The position numbers and the translations under genes are program-made. Below, piece after piece: positions 50,337-60,135 of a stretch of 64,000 nucleotides of DNA (the first letter of the stretch is position 1; each line of letters begins with the position of its first letter). Source of the DNA: an uncultured bacterium (GTDB taxonomy: Bacteria > Acidobacteriota > HRBIN11 > JAKEFK01); the NCBI GenBank assembly GCA_963777505.1, contig CAVZQN010000004.1, positions 768,001 through 832,000 on the forward strand, written 5' to 3'. The notes beneath the pieces are model-generated. The model was given only the letters and a program-made list of their open reading frames with translations, did not search any database and had not been told where the DNA came from.

Positions 50337-51401
50337 TTATTGGCCGATTTGACGGATGGTGTCGCAGATGAAATCGCCGGCAGCTCGCGTGCCGAGATTG
50401 CCGCCTAGATCACGTGTGATTTGATTTTCAGCAACCGCTCTCGCGATCGCTTTCGATACAAGCTGAGCTTCGGCATCCAATTGCAAATGTTCAAGCATCA
50501 ATTGAGTTGTAAGAATTGCACCAAATGGATTTGCGATATCCTTTCCCGCGAATTTAGGAGCCGAACCATGAACAGGTTCAAACATGCTTGTGCTCTTTGG
50601 ATTAATGTTCGCGGAAGCAGCCATACCGAGACCGCCCTGTAATGCTGCTCCAAGATCCGTAATAATGTCGCCAAACATATTGCATGTCACAATGACTTCA
50701 TAATTCTTTGGATGCAATACCATTTGCATCGTCAAAGCATCAACATACATGTGTGACGATTCAATCGATGGATACCTGGCTTTAACTTCATTGAAAACAC
50801 GCTGCCATAAATCATGTCCATAGGTTAAGACATTTGCTTTGTCAGCCATCAAAACTTTGTTTCTGCCGGTACGCGTTGCAAATTCAAATGCATATTCAAT
50901 GATACGCTGGACACCCTTTCGCGTATTGATGTCTTCCTGAATCGCAATTTCATCAGGAGTATTCTTTTTGAAATTACCACCCATGCCTACATAAGAACCT
51001 TCGGTATTTTCGCGGAAGATCGACATGCGGATTTCTTCCTTTTTTATGTTCTTCAAGGGGCAGAGTCGTTCATCAAGCAAATAGACGGGGCGGTAATTCA
51101 CATATAAATCCAACTTAAATCGCGTTCCCAGAAGAATATCCGCGGCATGTTTGTTGTCTGCAACACGCGGATCGCCAAATGCCCCCATAAAAATTGCATC
51201 ATGATCGCGCAAGCGATCATAACCATCTGAAGGAATACTGATACCAGTCTGCAGATATTTGTCAGCGCCCCAGTCAAAATGCCCAAGTTCAAACTTTGTA
51301 CCTGTAACATCGGCACATGCTTGCAATACTTTGACAGCTTCGGCAGTTACATCAACACCGATTCCATCCCCTGGAACAACTGCAATTTTTTTCGATTTCA
51401 T
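50337..51401 (-). CDS. isocitrate/isopropylmalate/tartrate dehydrogenase family
   Basis: [36 protein letters not shown]; substrate not determinable by eye. Confidence 0.9.
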   Translation of the reverse strand: MKSKKIAVVPGDGIGVDVTAEAVKVLQACADVTGTKFELGHFDWGADKYLQTGISIPSDGYDRLRDHDAIFMGAFGDPRVADNKHAADILLGTRFKLDLYVNYRPVYLLDERLCPLKNIKKEEIRMSIFRENTEGSYVGMGGNFKKNTPDEIAIQEDINTRKGVQRIIEYAFEFATRTGRNKVLMADKANVLTYGHDLWQRVFNEVKARYPSIESSHMYVDALTMQMVLHPKNYEVIVTCNMFGDIITDLGAALQGGLGMAASANINPKSTSMFEPVHGSAPKFAGKDIANPFGAILTTQLMLEHLQLDAEAQLVSKAIARAVAENQITRDLGGNLGTRAAGDFICDTIRQIGQ

Positions 51402-51457
51402 AATTGCTTGAGAAATTAGAAGATGCAGTTTAAAAGATGGCTTGTTAGGTGTCAATC

Positions 51458-51566
51458 CGGAGCGCGGACATCCTTGTCCGCATTACGGGCCGCAGGCATC
51501 TTGCCTGCAAGAAATTGCGGACTAGAAGTCCGCGGCCCTAAATGCAGGCTGGAAGCCTGCGCTCCG
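51458..51566. repeat. composite GGAG-type REP/BIME-like element
   Basis: Reverse complement of 21545-21654 with a few differences. Confidence 0.85.
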
Positions 51567-51605
51567 TACTTGACACATCCAATTTCCTTTAGATATAAAT
51601 GATTT

Positions 51606-52301
51606 ATGTATAAAGCTTTGGTCACCGGTGGAACGCAAGGCATTGGGCTTGTGATTGCGACAAATCTGAAAGATTTGGGCTATCAAGTCACTACGTGTGC
51701 GCGCGGAAAGGACGCTGATATTCAATGTGATGTAACCGATCCAACCGCTGTTCGCAAAATGCGAGAAACGACAGGTCCGATAGATATCCTGATCAACAAT
51801 GCGGGGGGTGTGATTACTGCGCCTTTTTTAAAAATAAAAGAATCGGATTGGGATCAGCAATTCAACTTAAATGTTAAGAGCGTGTATTACTGTATCCAGG
51901 AATATCTTCCAGCAATGCTTGAGAAAAAATTCGGACGAATCATCAATATTGCATCAACAGCAGGAAAGGTGGGTTATCAATACATCACAGCATACTCGGC
52001 GGCAAAGCATGCAGTGATCGGATTAACTCGTGCTTTAGCGCGTGAAATCGCTACACAAGGAGTTACTGTCAATGCAGTTTGTCCATCTTTTGTAGACACT
52101 CCGATGCTTCAAAAGTCTGTTGAGCCAATTGCCAAAAAAACCGGAAAATCTCCGGAAGAGATTTTGGAATCCTTCCGGGCTCATAGTCCTCAAAAACGTT
52201 TTGTAACACCTGAAGAAGTTGCATCGGCCGTTCGTTTTCTGATTGAAACTCCATCGGTAAACGGACAGGCCATTTCACTATGTGGGGGGGAAACAGTTTG
52301 A
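51606..52301 (+). CDS. SDR oxidoreductase (AbmB-like)
   Basis: TGGTQGIG, NNAG, YSAAKH, NAVCPSFVDT. Confidence 0.92.
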   Translation: MYKALVTGGTQGIGLVIATNLKDLGYQVTTCARGKDADIQCDVTDPTAVRKMRETTGPIDILINNAGGVITAPFLKIKESDWDQQFNLNVKSVYYCIQEYLPAMLEKKFGRIINIASTAGKVGYQYITAYSAAKHAVIGLTRALAREIATQGVTVNAVCPSFVDTPMLQKSVEPIAKKTGKSPEEILESFRAHSPQKRFVTPEEVASAVRFLIETPSVNGQAISLCGGETV

Positions 52302-52693
52302 AGAAATTTGTGAATCCTGAAACGCTTGCGCGTCCTAAGGGATATAGCCATGGAACAATTGGAAGATCTGATGGACGTATTTTTTTTATTGCCGGCCAAA
52401 TCGGCTGGGATAAAAATGAAAAATTTGCAAATGGTTTGCTTGCCCAATTTGATCTTTGTCTGGCGAATATCCTTGACGTTCTTCATGCCACCGGCGGGAG
52501 TGTTGAAGATATTGGACGTCTCACAATATTTGTAAAAGATAAAACAGAATATCTAAATCTTCGCAAAGAGATTGGAAAAGTTTACCGAAACCGGATGGGA
52601 CGTCATTATCCGGCAATGAGTCTTTTTGTTGTAAAAGATCTGCTGGAAGATGACGCGCTTGTTGAAATTGAAGCAACAGCGGTGGTACGGTGA
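52298..52693 (+). CDS. RidA family protein
   Basis: PKGYSHG, AGQIGW, HYPAMS, VEIEATA; TTG start overlaps the SDR stop. Confidence 0.9.
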   Translation: MKKFVNPETLARPKGYSHGTIGRSDGRIFFIAGQIGWDKNEKFANGLLAQFDLCLANILDVLHATGGSVEDIGRLTIFVKDKTEYLNLRKEIGKVYRNRMGRHYPAMSLFVVKDLLEDDALVEIEATAVVR

Positions 52694-53145
52694 AACCTGC
52701 AGTTCGCAAAGTGAGCTTAGACTCAAACCATGCGGGTGTGAGCGCCTGGATCCGTTTGATTAAGGCTTACAATCTCGTGTTGCGGAAAGCACGAGGCCGT
52801 TTAACCGAATGCACATTATCGCAATTTGATGTAGTTGCGCATCTCGTCCGCGAAAAAAACGGTATGACTCCTGTGGAATTGTCCCGCAAATTGCTTGTAA
52901 CGGCCGGCAATATCACAGGATTAATCGATAGAATGGAAAAATCTGGATTAGTACAGCGCATTCGTGACACAAAAGATCGCCGAACAATTCGAATTCAACT
53001 TACGGAAAAAGGCCGCAAACTCGCAAGCCGTGTCATTCCAAGACATTCCGCGGATATTGAATCAATCTTTACTGCACTGAATGAAGCAGAAAAAAATCAG
53101 CTTCACAAGACGCTTGATAAACTGATCCTTTCGTTGGAAAAATGA
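52690..53145 (+). CDS. MarR family regulator
   Basis: QFDV, AGNITGLIDRME..GLV.R, DRR, LTEKG. Confidence 0.92.
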   Translation: MKPAVRKVSLDSNHAGVSAWIRLIKAYNLVLRKARGRLTECTLSQFDVVAHLVREKNGMTPVELSRKLLVTAGNITGLIDRMEKSGLVQRIRDTKDRRTIRIQLTEKGRKLASRVIPRHSADIESIFTALNEAEKNQLHKTLDKLILSLEK

Positions 53146-53957
53146 TGAAAGTAAAAAGTTTTGAATTCACAATCAAGGACGGAATCGCTCGAATCTTTCT
53201 TAATCGTCCTGAAGTTTACAATGCAATTACTTTCGATGTTTATCGCGAGATGTCTGATCTTTTTCTAGAACTTCGTTCGGATCCTGAAACGAAAGTTGTC
53301 ATTATCAGCGGAAAAGGCAAAGCTTTTTGCAGTGGTGGTGATGTACGAGAAATTATTGGTCCATTATTGGATCATGGTGAAGAGGAACTGCGAAAGTTCA
53401 CGCGTCTCACATGCGATTTAATCTGGAATATGCGAATGCTGCCAGTGCCGGTGATCGCCAGCCTGAATGGTGTTGCGGCTGGTGCGGGCGCTATGATTGC
53501 AATCGCATCCGACTTTCGCATCGCAGTAGAGAATGCAAAAATCGCTTTTCTTTTCGTACGTGTAGGTCTTTCCGGTGCGGATATGGGTGCCTGTTATCTT
53601 CTTCCAAAGATTGTTGGCCTTACCAAAGCAACTGAACTTCTAATGACTGGTGATTTCATTTCAGCTCAAGAAGCTTACCGGATCGGCTTATATAACAAAG
53701 TTGTTTCACCAGAAGAGCTTGATGAAGCGGTTCTGACACTGGCGCAGCAGCTTGCAGAAGGACCTTCGACTGGACTCGCCGTAACAAAACAGCAAATCAA
53801 TCAAGAAACTTTACCTGAATTAAGGAAGGCTCTGGATGAGGAAGAAAAAGCACAAGCGCGATGTATGATGCATCCAGACTTTCGCGAGGGATATGCTGCA
53901 TTTACTGAAAAACGAAGACCTTCATTTCAACCGCGCAGGATCCCAGAGGAGTCATAA
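53142..53957 (+). CDS. enoyl-CoA hydratase family protein (AbmC-like)
   Basis: FCSGGDV.EIIGPL, FTR.T.DL, FLFVRVGLSGADMGAC. Confidence 0.9.
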   Translation: MMKVKSFEFTIKDGIARIFLNRPEVYNAITFDVYREMSDLFLELRSDPETKVVIISGKGKAFCSGGDVREIIGPLLDHGEEELRKFTRLTCDLIWNMRMLPVPVIASLNGVAAGAGAMIAIASDFRIAVENAKIAFLFVRVGLSGADMGACYLLPKIVGLTKATELLMTGDFISAQEAYRIGLYNKVVSPEELDEAVLTLAQQLAEGPSTGLAVTKQQINQETLPELRKALDEEEKAQARCMMHPDFREGYAAFTEKRRPSFQPRRIPEES

Positions 53958-55061
53958 ATGATTGATCCTCTGCCGCATGAATATGAGCTCTTAGCGACAA
54001 TCGTTAAGAACTTTTTTTCAAAAGAAGAATATCAACAAGAAAACCAGCTTCCTGAGTTTTGCCGAAAATTAATTCGAGCAATGGGAGATCACAAGCTGCT
54101 TGATTATGTCGCGCCTTCGCCTTCTTCGCGCAACCTATGTTTTCTGCGTTACTCTATCGCGCAATACTCCGCGCTCGCAGATCTTTTGTTTGCCATGCAG
54201 GGACTTGGAAGCTTCCCGATTTCGATTGCTGGAAATGAGGAACAAAAACAGAAATATTTAGCTGCAGTTGTTCGTGGCGAAAAAATTGCAGCATTCGCAA
54301 TGACTGAACCGGAAGCGGGTTCCGATGCAGGCGCAATGCAGATGCAAGCTCAAAAAAAAGAAGGTGGTTATGTTCTGAATGGAACTAAAACCTTGATTAG
54401 TAATGCAGGACTTGCGGACTTTTACACGATTTTCGCCCGCACCTCCACCGGACAGCGCGGCATTTCCAGTTTCATTTTAGATGCAGACAACCCGGGAATT
54501 AAAATAATTCCGATGGAATTGATGGGAGCTCATCCGATCGGCCGCCTGGACTTGAAAGATTGTTATGTGCATGAAAGAAATCGTTTAGGTGCTGAAGGAG
54601 ACGGATTGCGGATTGCAATGAGCACACTTGATGTTTTCCGCTCAAGTGTCGCGGCTGCTGCAATAGGAATGGCCCAAAGAGCTTTTGAGGAAGCAATTTC
54701 TTATTCAAAAAAAAGAAAACAGTTTGGCAAATCCTTATCCGAATTTCAGGGAGTTCAATTTAAGATCGCTGAAATGGCTACGGCATTAGCTGCGTCGAAA
54801 AGTCTTGTTTGGCATGCCGCATCTCGCAAAGACTCAGGAGCCCGAACTAATCTTGAATCCGCAATTGCTAAAGCATTTGCAACCGAATCAGCTCAACAGA
54901 TCATTGATCAATCGTTGCAAATCCATGGAGGGATCGGACTGTTGAAGGGTTCAATTACAGAAAGACTCTACCGGGATGTGCGAGCGCTGCGGATTTATGA
55001 AGGCGCAACAGAAATTTTGAAATCGATTATTGCGGCCCATTATCTGAAGGAGGATGCGTGA
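53958..55061 (+). CDS. acyl-CoA dehydrogenase (AbmD-like)
   Basis: FAMQGLGS, FAMTEPEAGSD, QFG, QIHGG, RALRIYEGATE. Confidence 0.93.
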   Translation: MIDPLPHEYELLATIVKNFFSKEEYQQENQLPEFCRKLIRAMGDHKLLDYVAPSPSSRNLCFLRYSIAQYSALADLLFAMQGLGSFPISIAGNEEQKQKYLAAVVRGEKIAAFAMTEPEAGSDAGAMQMQAQKKEGGYVLNGTKTLISNAGLADFYTIFARTSTGQRGISSFILDADNPGIKIIPMELMGAHPIGRLDLKDCYVHERNRLGAEGDGLRIAMSTLDVFRSSVAAAAIGMAQRAFEEAISYSKKRKQFGKSLSEFQGVQFKIAEMATALAASKSLVWHAASRKDSGARTNLESAIAKAFATESAQQIIDQSLQIHGGIGLLKGSITERLYRDVRALRIYEGATEILKSIIAAHYLKEDA

Positions 55062-55768
55062 ATACCTTCCGTACTGCAGCGGACCTGCCTCAGGATTACA
55101 AGCATCTTTTGTCTCAGGTACTGCGTAATCAAGCCTATTGCGAAATGGCTTCCGCAAACATGCTGGGCCATTCACTGAAATTCATCCCAGAGTTGTATTA
55201 CAAAATTGCTGCAACGCAGCAAATTGGAGAAGAGCTTGAAAGATTCACACAGATCGCGCGTATCTATGGTGAACTAACAGACGGAAAAGATTTATTTGAT
55301 GATCCCGATCCGCGCCTTTTTAATATTCCATATGCTGAAAATTGGTTTGAACTTTCAATGGTGCAGTTTTTATTCGACCGCTCGTGTGAGTTTCACCTTC
55401 GTGAATACATGAATTGCACATTCGAACCATATGCAAATCTTGTGAAGGCTCTCATTCGTGAAGACAAACTAAACGGCGGCTTCGGAGAAAAAGTATTAAA
55501 GGAATATTGCCAGTATTCAACCAACCGGGGCGAAGCTCAACGCATTTTTGATCAATGGTTTCCAATTGCACTTGAAAATCTGGGATATATGGATCCTTCG
55601 CGTGAATTGCTTGCAATCAAACATGGGATGAAGAGCCGTGAGTCGGGGGCTGTGATTCAAGATTTTATTTCGCAGATAAAACCTGCCATGCGCGAATGCG
55701 GATTGACTTTCAGAACGCTTGATGACCTGGAGACGCCACTTCCCGCAGATTTGGATCTTACGGTATGA
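55058..55768 (+). CDS. PaaA/PaaC-like ferritin-fold protein with degenerate iron ligands
   Basis: W.E....F.FDR and Y.PY patterns of the PaaA/C family; EExxH sites read EELER and EDKLN. Confidence 0.65.
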   Translation: MNTFRTAADLPQDYKHLLSQVLRNQAYCEMASANMLGHSLKFIPELYYKIAATQQIGEELERFTQIARIYGELTDGKDLFDDPDPRLFNIPYAENWFELSMVQFLFDRSCEFHLREYMNCTFEPYANLVKALIREDKLNGGFGEKVLKEYCQYSTNRGEAQRIFDQWFPIALENLGYMDPSRELLAIKHGMKSRESGAVIQDFISQIKPAMRECGLTFRTLDDLETPLPADLDLTV

Positions 55769-55790
55769 AAACGTAAAACGTATTGGTCTT

Positions 55791-57245
55791 ATGAAATTAT
55801 TCACTCCTTTCACGATCAACGGAATGACACTCCCCAACCGTTTTGTGCTTCCAGCAATGGTGACACGACTTTCTGGCGAAGATGGATTTGTAAATGAAGA
55901 TATCAGACAACGTTACATCCGATTCGCAAAAGGGGAGCCTGGTTTAATTGTGATTGAAGCCATGGCAGTTCATACGGCTAAGAGTGGTCCGCTTTTGAGG
56001 CTAAGTGAAGATGCGCATATTCCTGGACTGTCAGCGCTTGCGAAAGAGATCCACGAAATCAGTCCATCAAAAGTTGTTCCGCAAATCATTCATTTTTTAA
56101 AAATCGCGCGAAGTGGTTGGCGGCAGAAGATCAAAGATTTATCGCACGATGAAATCCGCTTTATTGTAGAAGCCTATGCTGCATCTGCCGAGCGTGCGCG
56201 CCGAGCCGGATTTGATGGCGTTGAACTTCATATGGCGCACGCATATACGCTTTCTTCCTTTTTGTCTTTGCGCAATACACGCAACGACGAATATGGACGC
56301 TCTCTTGAAAATCGGATGCGGTTGATGACTGAAGTTATTTCGGCTGTACGCTCCCGAATTGGATTTGATTTTCCACTGGGTATCCGTTTTGATGGCGAAG
56401 AATGTATTAAGAACGGTTACACACTCAACGATTCGAAAAAGATGGCTTTACGAATGGCGCAGCTTGGTGTTGATTACATCAGTATTTCTGCCGGCGGAAA
56501 ATTTGAAGATGCTATTCACAAACCTGGAGATCCACTCTACCCATATACAGGCTATTCCGGTGATCGTTGTATGCCATCTTCAAATTATCCGGATATGGCA
56601 AACACGTATCTGGCAAGCGGCATTAAAGATTTTCTGATCCAAAACGGTTTTTCACTGCCAGTTGTAACGACAGGAAAAATTCGGACACCTGATCAAGCAG
56701 AAGAAATATTGCAACAGGGTCATGCAGACCTGATAGGAATGGCACGCGCATTGTTAGCTGATCCTGATTTGCCTCGTAAGGCACGTGATGGACGATCGGA
56801 TAAAATCATCTGGTGCACCTATGGGAATGTCTGTAAGAATTTGGATGAGAATTTTAGAAAAGTTACATGTGTGTTGTGGCCCAAAGGAAGTCTTCAAGCA
56901 CCAGAAAGTTCTGATACAACGCCTCCGGTTTGGCCCGAGAAAGGTGCAGCATTAACGGCGGAGTATCGAATCGGTCAAGTTTTTTTGAAATGGAGTGAGG
57001 CTTCAGACAATGAAGCGGTGTATGGATACGAAATTTATAGAAGTGTAAATAAGGATAAGCCAGTGCATCTAGCAACAGTGAAGCGCAATACACATTATGA
57101 TTTGAGTGTTGCGGGCGGCGAAGTATACAGCTATTTTGTTGTTGCATATGATCTTGCAGGAAATCGTACGGAGCCATCGAATATCGTGAATGTGGAAATA
57201 AGGCCAGGCAGTCGCGGATGCGGGGATCGGAGACCGGCCCATTAG
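55791..57245 (+). CDS. NADH:flavin oxidoreductase (OYE family) with C-terminal FN3-like domain
   Basis: NRFVLPAM, AGFDGVELHMAHAY, R.DEYG.SLENR, ARALLADP; tail W..ASDN..V.GY.IY...Y.Y.VVAYDLAGN.TEPS. Confidence 0.88.
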   Translation: MKLFTPFTINGMTLPNRFVLPAMVTRLSGEDGFVNEDIRQRYIRFAKGEPGLIVIEAMAVHTAKSGPLLRLSEDAHIPGLSALAKEIHEISPSKVVPQIIHFLKIARSGWRQKIKDLSHDEIRFIVEAYAASAERARRAGFDGVELHMAHAYTLSSFLSLRNTRNDEYGRSLENRMRLMTEVISAVRSRIGFDFPLGIRFDGEECIKNGYTLNDSKKMALRMAQLGVDYISISAGGKFEDAIHKPGDPLYPYTGYSGDRCMPSSNYPDMANTYLASGIKDFLIQNGFSLPVVTTGKIRTPDQAEEILQQGHADLIGMARALLADPDLPRKARDGRSDKIIWCTYGNVCKNLDENFRKVTCVLWPKGSLQAPESSDTTPPVWPEKGAALTAEYRIGQVFLKWSEASDNEAVYGYEIYRSVNKDKPVHLATVKRNTHYDLSVAGGEVYSYFVVAYDLAGNRTEPSNIVNVEIRPGSRGCGDRRPAH

Positions 57246-57288
57246 AGGCCCGGGTTTAACGCGCGGCGGGTCCGCAAACCCGGGCCTC
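57245..57288. repeat. GC-rich intergenic hairpin
   Basis: GAGGCCCGGGTTT ... AAACCCGGGCCTC, perfect 13-bp stem. Confidence 0.65.
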
Positions 57289-57315
57289 AAGTGACAGATC
57301 CGAGGCGCAAAGATA

Positions 57316-58503
57316 ATGGATGAGTTGCTGAGTTTACGATCAGAGTTTCCGATTTTAGAAACAACAACGTACATGATCAGCCATTCTCTTGGTGCTATGC
57401 CCCGGAAAGTTTACGATCGTTTACGTGAATTTGCTGATACATGGGCAACTCGCGGAATTCGTGCATGGGCCGAAGGTTGGTGGCAGATGCCGGTTACGAC
57501 CGGAAATAAGCTTGCCTCTTTGATTGGCGCTCAACCCGGCGAAGTCGTGATGCATCAAAATGTTTCTGTTGCAGTCTCAGTCGTTTTATCTGCATTGAAG
57601 TTTAACTCGCCAAGGAATCGTATTCTTTATCTTGATGTTGAATTCCCTACAGTGATTTATGTTCTGGAAGCGCACCGTCGCCATGGGGCGGAAGTCATTT
57701 CAATCAAATCTCCTGACGGTCTGGAAGTTCCATTAGAAGCCCTCATCGATGCAATTGATGAACGCACATTGATCGTGCCTTTGTCTTATGTTTTTTTCAA
57801 AACATCTACACGGATTGATATCGAAAGAGTTGTAAAAAAAGCGCATGAACATGGTGCATATGTTCTTTTAGATGCATATCAGGCGACCGGAGTTGTGCCG
57901 ATTGATGTAAAGAAATGGGATATTGATTTTCTCGTTGGCGGCTCTGTGAAGTGGCTTTGCGGCGGGCCAGGCGCTGGATATCTATATGTAAAGCCTTCGT
58001 TGTACTCATTGATTGAGCCCACCGTTACAGGATGGGTAGCACACGAACATCCATTTGCATTTGAAACAGGCGCAATAAAATATGCAAAAGATAGCATGCG
58101 TTTTTTGCATGGATCGCCACAAATTCCAGTTTTCTATGCAGCCGAACCAGGCTATGACTTGATCAATCAAGCAGGAGTGGATCGGATCAGAAAAAAATCG
58201 GTCGAGCAAACCACACGAATGATACAACTGTGTGATCAACGTGATTATAAGATTCAAACACCGAGGGATTCCGAAAAGCGGGGTGGAACGATTGTTGTCG
58301 ATGTTCCATATGGAGATGCTGTCGTAAAAGAATTGTCCGCTCGAAATATTCTTGTCGATTATCGCCCAGGCGCTGGGATCCGCATTTCACCGCATTTTTA
58401 TACACTGGATTCCGAAATCGATCAGACTTTTGAAGCGATCGATGAAATCATCAAATCAAAATCGTACGAGAAACATTTGAATCAACGAGGAAGCCAATAT
58501 TAA
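57316..58503 (+). CDS. kynU: kynureninase-like PLP enzyme (class V)
   Basis: HSLGAMP, DAYQATG, GGSVKWLCGGPG, TGW.AH; adjacent to tryptophan dioxygenase. Confidence 0.82.
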   Translation: MDELLSLRSEFPILETTTYMISHSLGAMPRKVYDRLREFADTWATRGIRAWAEGWWQMPVTTGNKLASLIGAQPGEVVMHQNVSVAVSVVLSALKFNSPRNRILYLDVEFPTVIYVLEAHRRHGAEVISIKSPDGLEVPLEALIDAIDERTLIVPLSYVFFKTSTRIDIERVVKKAHEHGAYVLLDAYQATGVVPIDVKKWDIDFLVGGSVKWLCGGPGAGYLYVKPSLYSLIEPTVTGWVAHEHPFAFETGAIKYAKDSMRFLHGSPQIPVFYAAEPGYDLINQAGVDRIRKKSVEQTTRMIQLCDQRDYKIQTPRDSEKRGGTIVVDVPYGDAVVKELSARNILVDYRPGAGIRISPHFYTLDSEIDQTFEAIDEIIKSKSYEKHLNQRGSQY

Positions 58504-58558
58504 TGTTTGTAGTAAGGGACGCAGCCGAGCGAATGCGAGGCAGTGCCGTTTATAAAAT

Positions 58559-59344
58559 ATGAAAGACGATTACGGAAAGTCACAACTCACGTACAACGAA
58601 TATCTCAAGGTTCCTGAACTGCTGAAACTACAGCGCTGCCTTAGCGATCCAGCTTCGCACGATGAATTGCAATTCATCATTACTCATCAAGCATATGAGC
58701 TGTGGTTCAAGCTCATGCTTTTCGAGATTGATACGATCAAAGAGCGCATGAACGGCGGCGATGTGCGTACTGCGGTGTGGTTGTTCCGGCGTGTCAATGC
58801 GATTGCGAAATTATTAATTCAGCAAATTCATATTTTGGAAAGCATGAGTCCGCTCGATTTTCTTGAATTCCGCGGAAAGCTAAACCCCGCGAGCGGCTTT
58901 CAATCCGTACAATTTCGAGAAATTGAGTTTGTTTCCAATCTGAAAAATGAAGCCCTCATGACGCATCTCAAAAGCGACCCTGAGACAATGGCAAAACTTC
59001 AGAAGCGTTTTAATGAACCAACGTTGTGGGATGCATTCCTGGAATTATTGAAGAAAAACGGTTTTGAAATTCCAGAGGATCGTAACAGTGAAGCGATTGC
59101 GAAAGAACTCGCCCGGCTGCATAAAGAATCTGAGAAACATTACGATCTGTTTGCGTTATCAGAAGAGATGATGACTTTTGATGAATCCATTGGACTCTGG
59201 CGCATGCATCATGTTCGGATGGTTGAGCGCATGATTGGAAATAAAATAGGCACTGGCGGAAGTGAAGGTGTACGGTACTTAACCACAACCATAACTAAAA
59301 AATGTTTCCCGGAACTCTGGGACGCTCGTACATACTTGGAGTGA
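58559..59344 (+). CDS. kynA: tryptophan 2,3-dioxygenase
   Basis: YNEYL, HDELQFIITHQAYELWFK, ASGFQS.QFR, VERMIG.K.GTGGS.G..YL, FPELW. Confidence 0.96.
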   Translation: MKDDYGKSQLTYNEYLKVPELLKLQRCLSDPASHDELQFIITHQAYELWFKLMLFEIDTIKERMNGGDVRTAVWLFRRVNAIAKLLIQQIHILESMSPLDFLEFRGKLNPASGFQSVQFREIEFVSNLKNEALMTHLKSDPETMAKLQKRFNEPTLWDAFLELLKKNGFEIPEDRNSEAIAKELARLHKESEKHYDLFALSEEMMTFDESIGLWRMHHVRMVERMIGNKIGTGGSEGVRYLTTTITKKCFPELWDARTYLE

Positions 59345-59380
59345 CCCACAGGAGGGCGGGCGTCTCTGCCCGCCATAAAA

Positions 59381-60115
59381 ATGTCGTTATATTGGGAAGA
59401 ACACAGCTGGACTGATTTACAAGAGCGAAAGCCTCAAGTCGTACTCCTTCCGATCGGTTCAGTTGAAGCGCATGGCCCACATTTGCCGCTCGCGACAGAT
59501 ACAATTATTTCTGGTGAAATGGCGCGGCGCTCCGCGCTGGAATTACAGCAAAAAGGAATCTATTCATTAATCCTTCCCCCATTGCAGTATGCGGTCACCG
59601 ATTTCAGCCGTGATTTCCCCGGAACAATTACAATCCGGAAGGAAAATTTTCAAAACATACTAAAGGATATTTGTAATGCGCTTCGTGATACTGGAATTCC
59701 TGTATTGTGTGTTGTGAATTCTCATTTGGAGCCTGCACACATCAATGCAATCCATGATGCGATTCGTGAAATCAAAGGGATCCGGGTTGTGTTTCCTGAT
59801 AAAACTAAAAAACCGTGGGCTTCCTTGTTAACGCCAGAATTTAAGCAAGGAGCTTGTCACGCCGGATGTTATGAAACGTCTCTTGTACTTGCAGCACGCG
59901 AGGAGCTTGTTCGGAATGAACGTGCGAATTTGCCTCCGAATCCAGTTAATCTCGCAGTATTAATGAAGCAAGGTGTAAGTACATTCAATGAAGCAGGTGC
60001 CCCGCAAGCATATTTTGGTGATCCAGCCGCTGCATCGATTGAAGAAGGGGAGCAAACATACGAAATTCTCACTCGCATGATCGTCGAAAGCGTTCTGAAT
60101 TCACTTAACGATTAA
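59381..60115 (+). CDS. creatininase-family amidohydrolase
   Basis: GSVEAHGPHLPLATD, FPGT, HAGCYETS, GDP..AS.EEG. Confidence 0.9.
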   Translation: MSLYWEEHSWTDLQERKPQVVLLPIGSVEAHGPHLPLATDTIISGEMARRSALELQQKGIYSLILPPLQYAVTDFSRDFPGTITIRKENFQNILKDICNALRDTGIPVLCVVNSHLEPAHINAIHDAIREIKGIRVVFPDKTKKPWASLLTPEFKQGACHAGCYETSLVLAAREELVRNERANLPPNPVNLAVLMKQGVSTFNEAGAPQAYFGDPAAASIEEGEQTYEILTRMIVESVLNSLND

Positions 60116-60135
60116 ATCGACTGTTTGCTTTTGCT

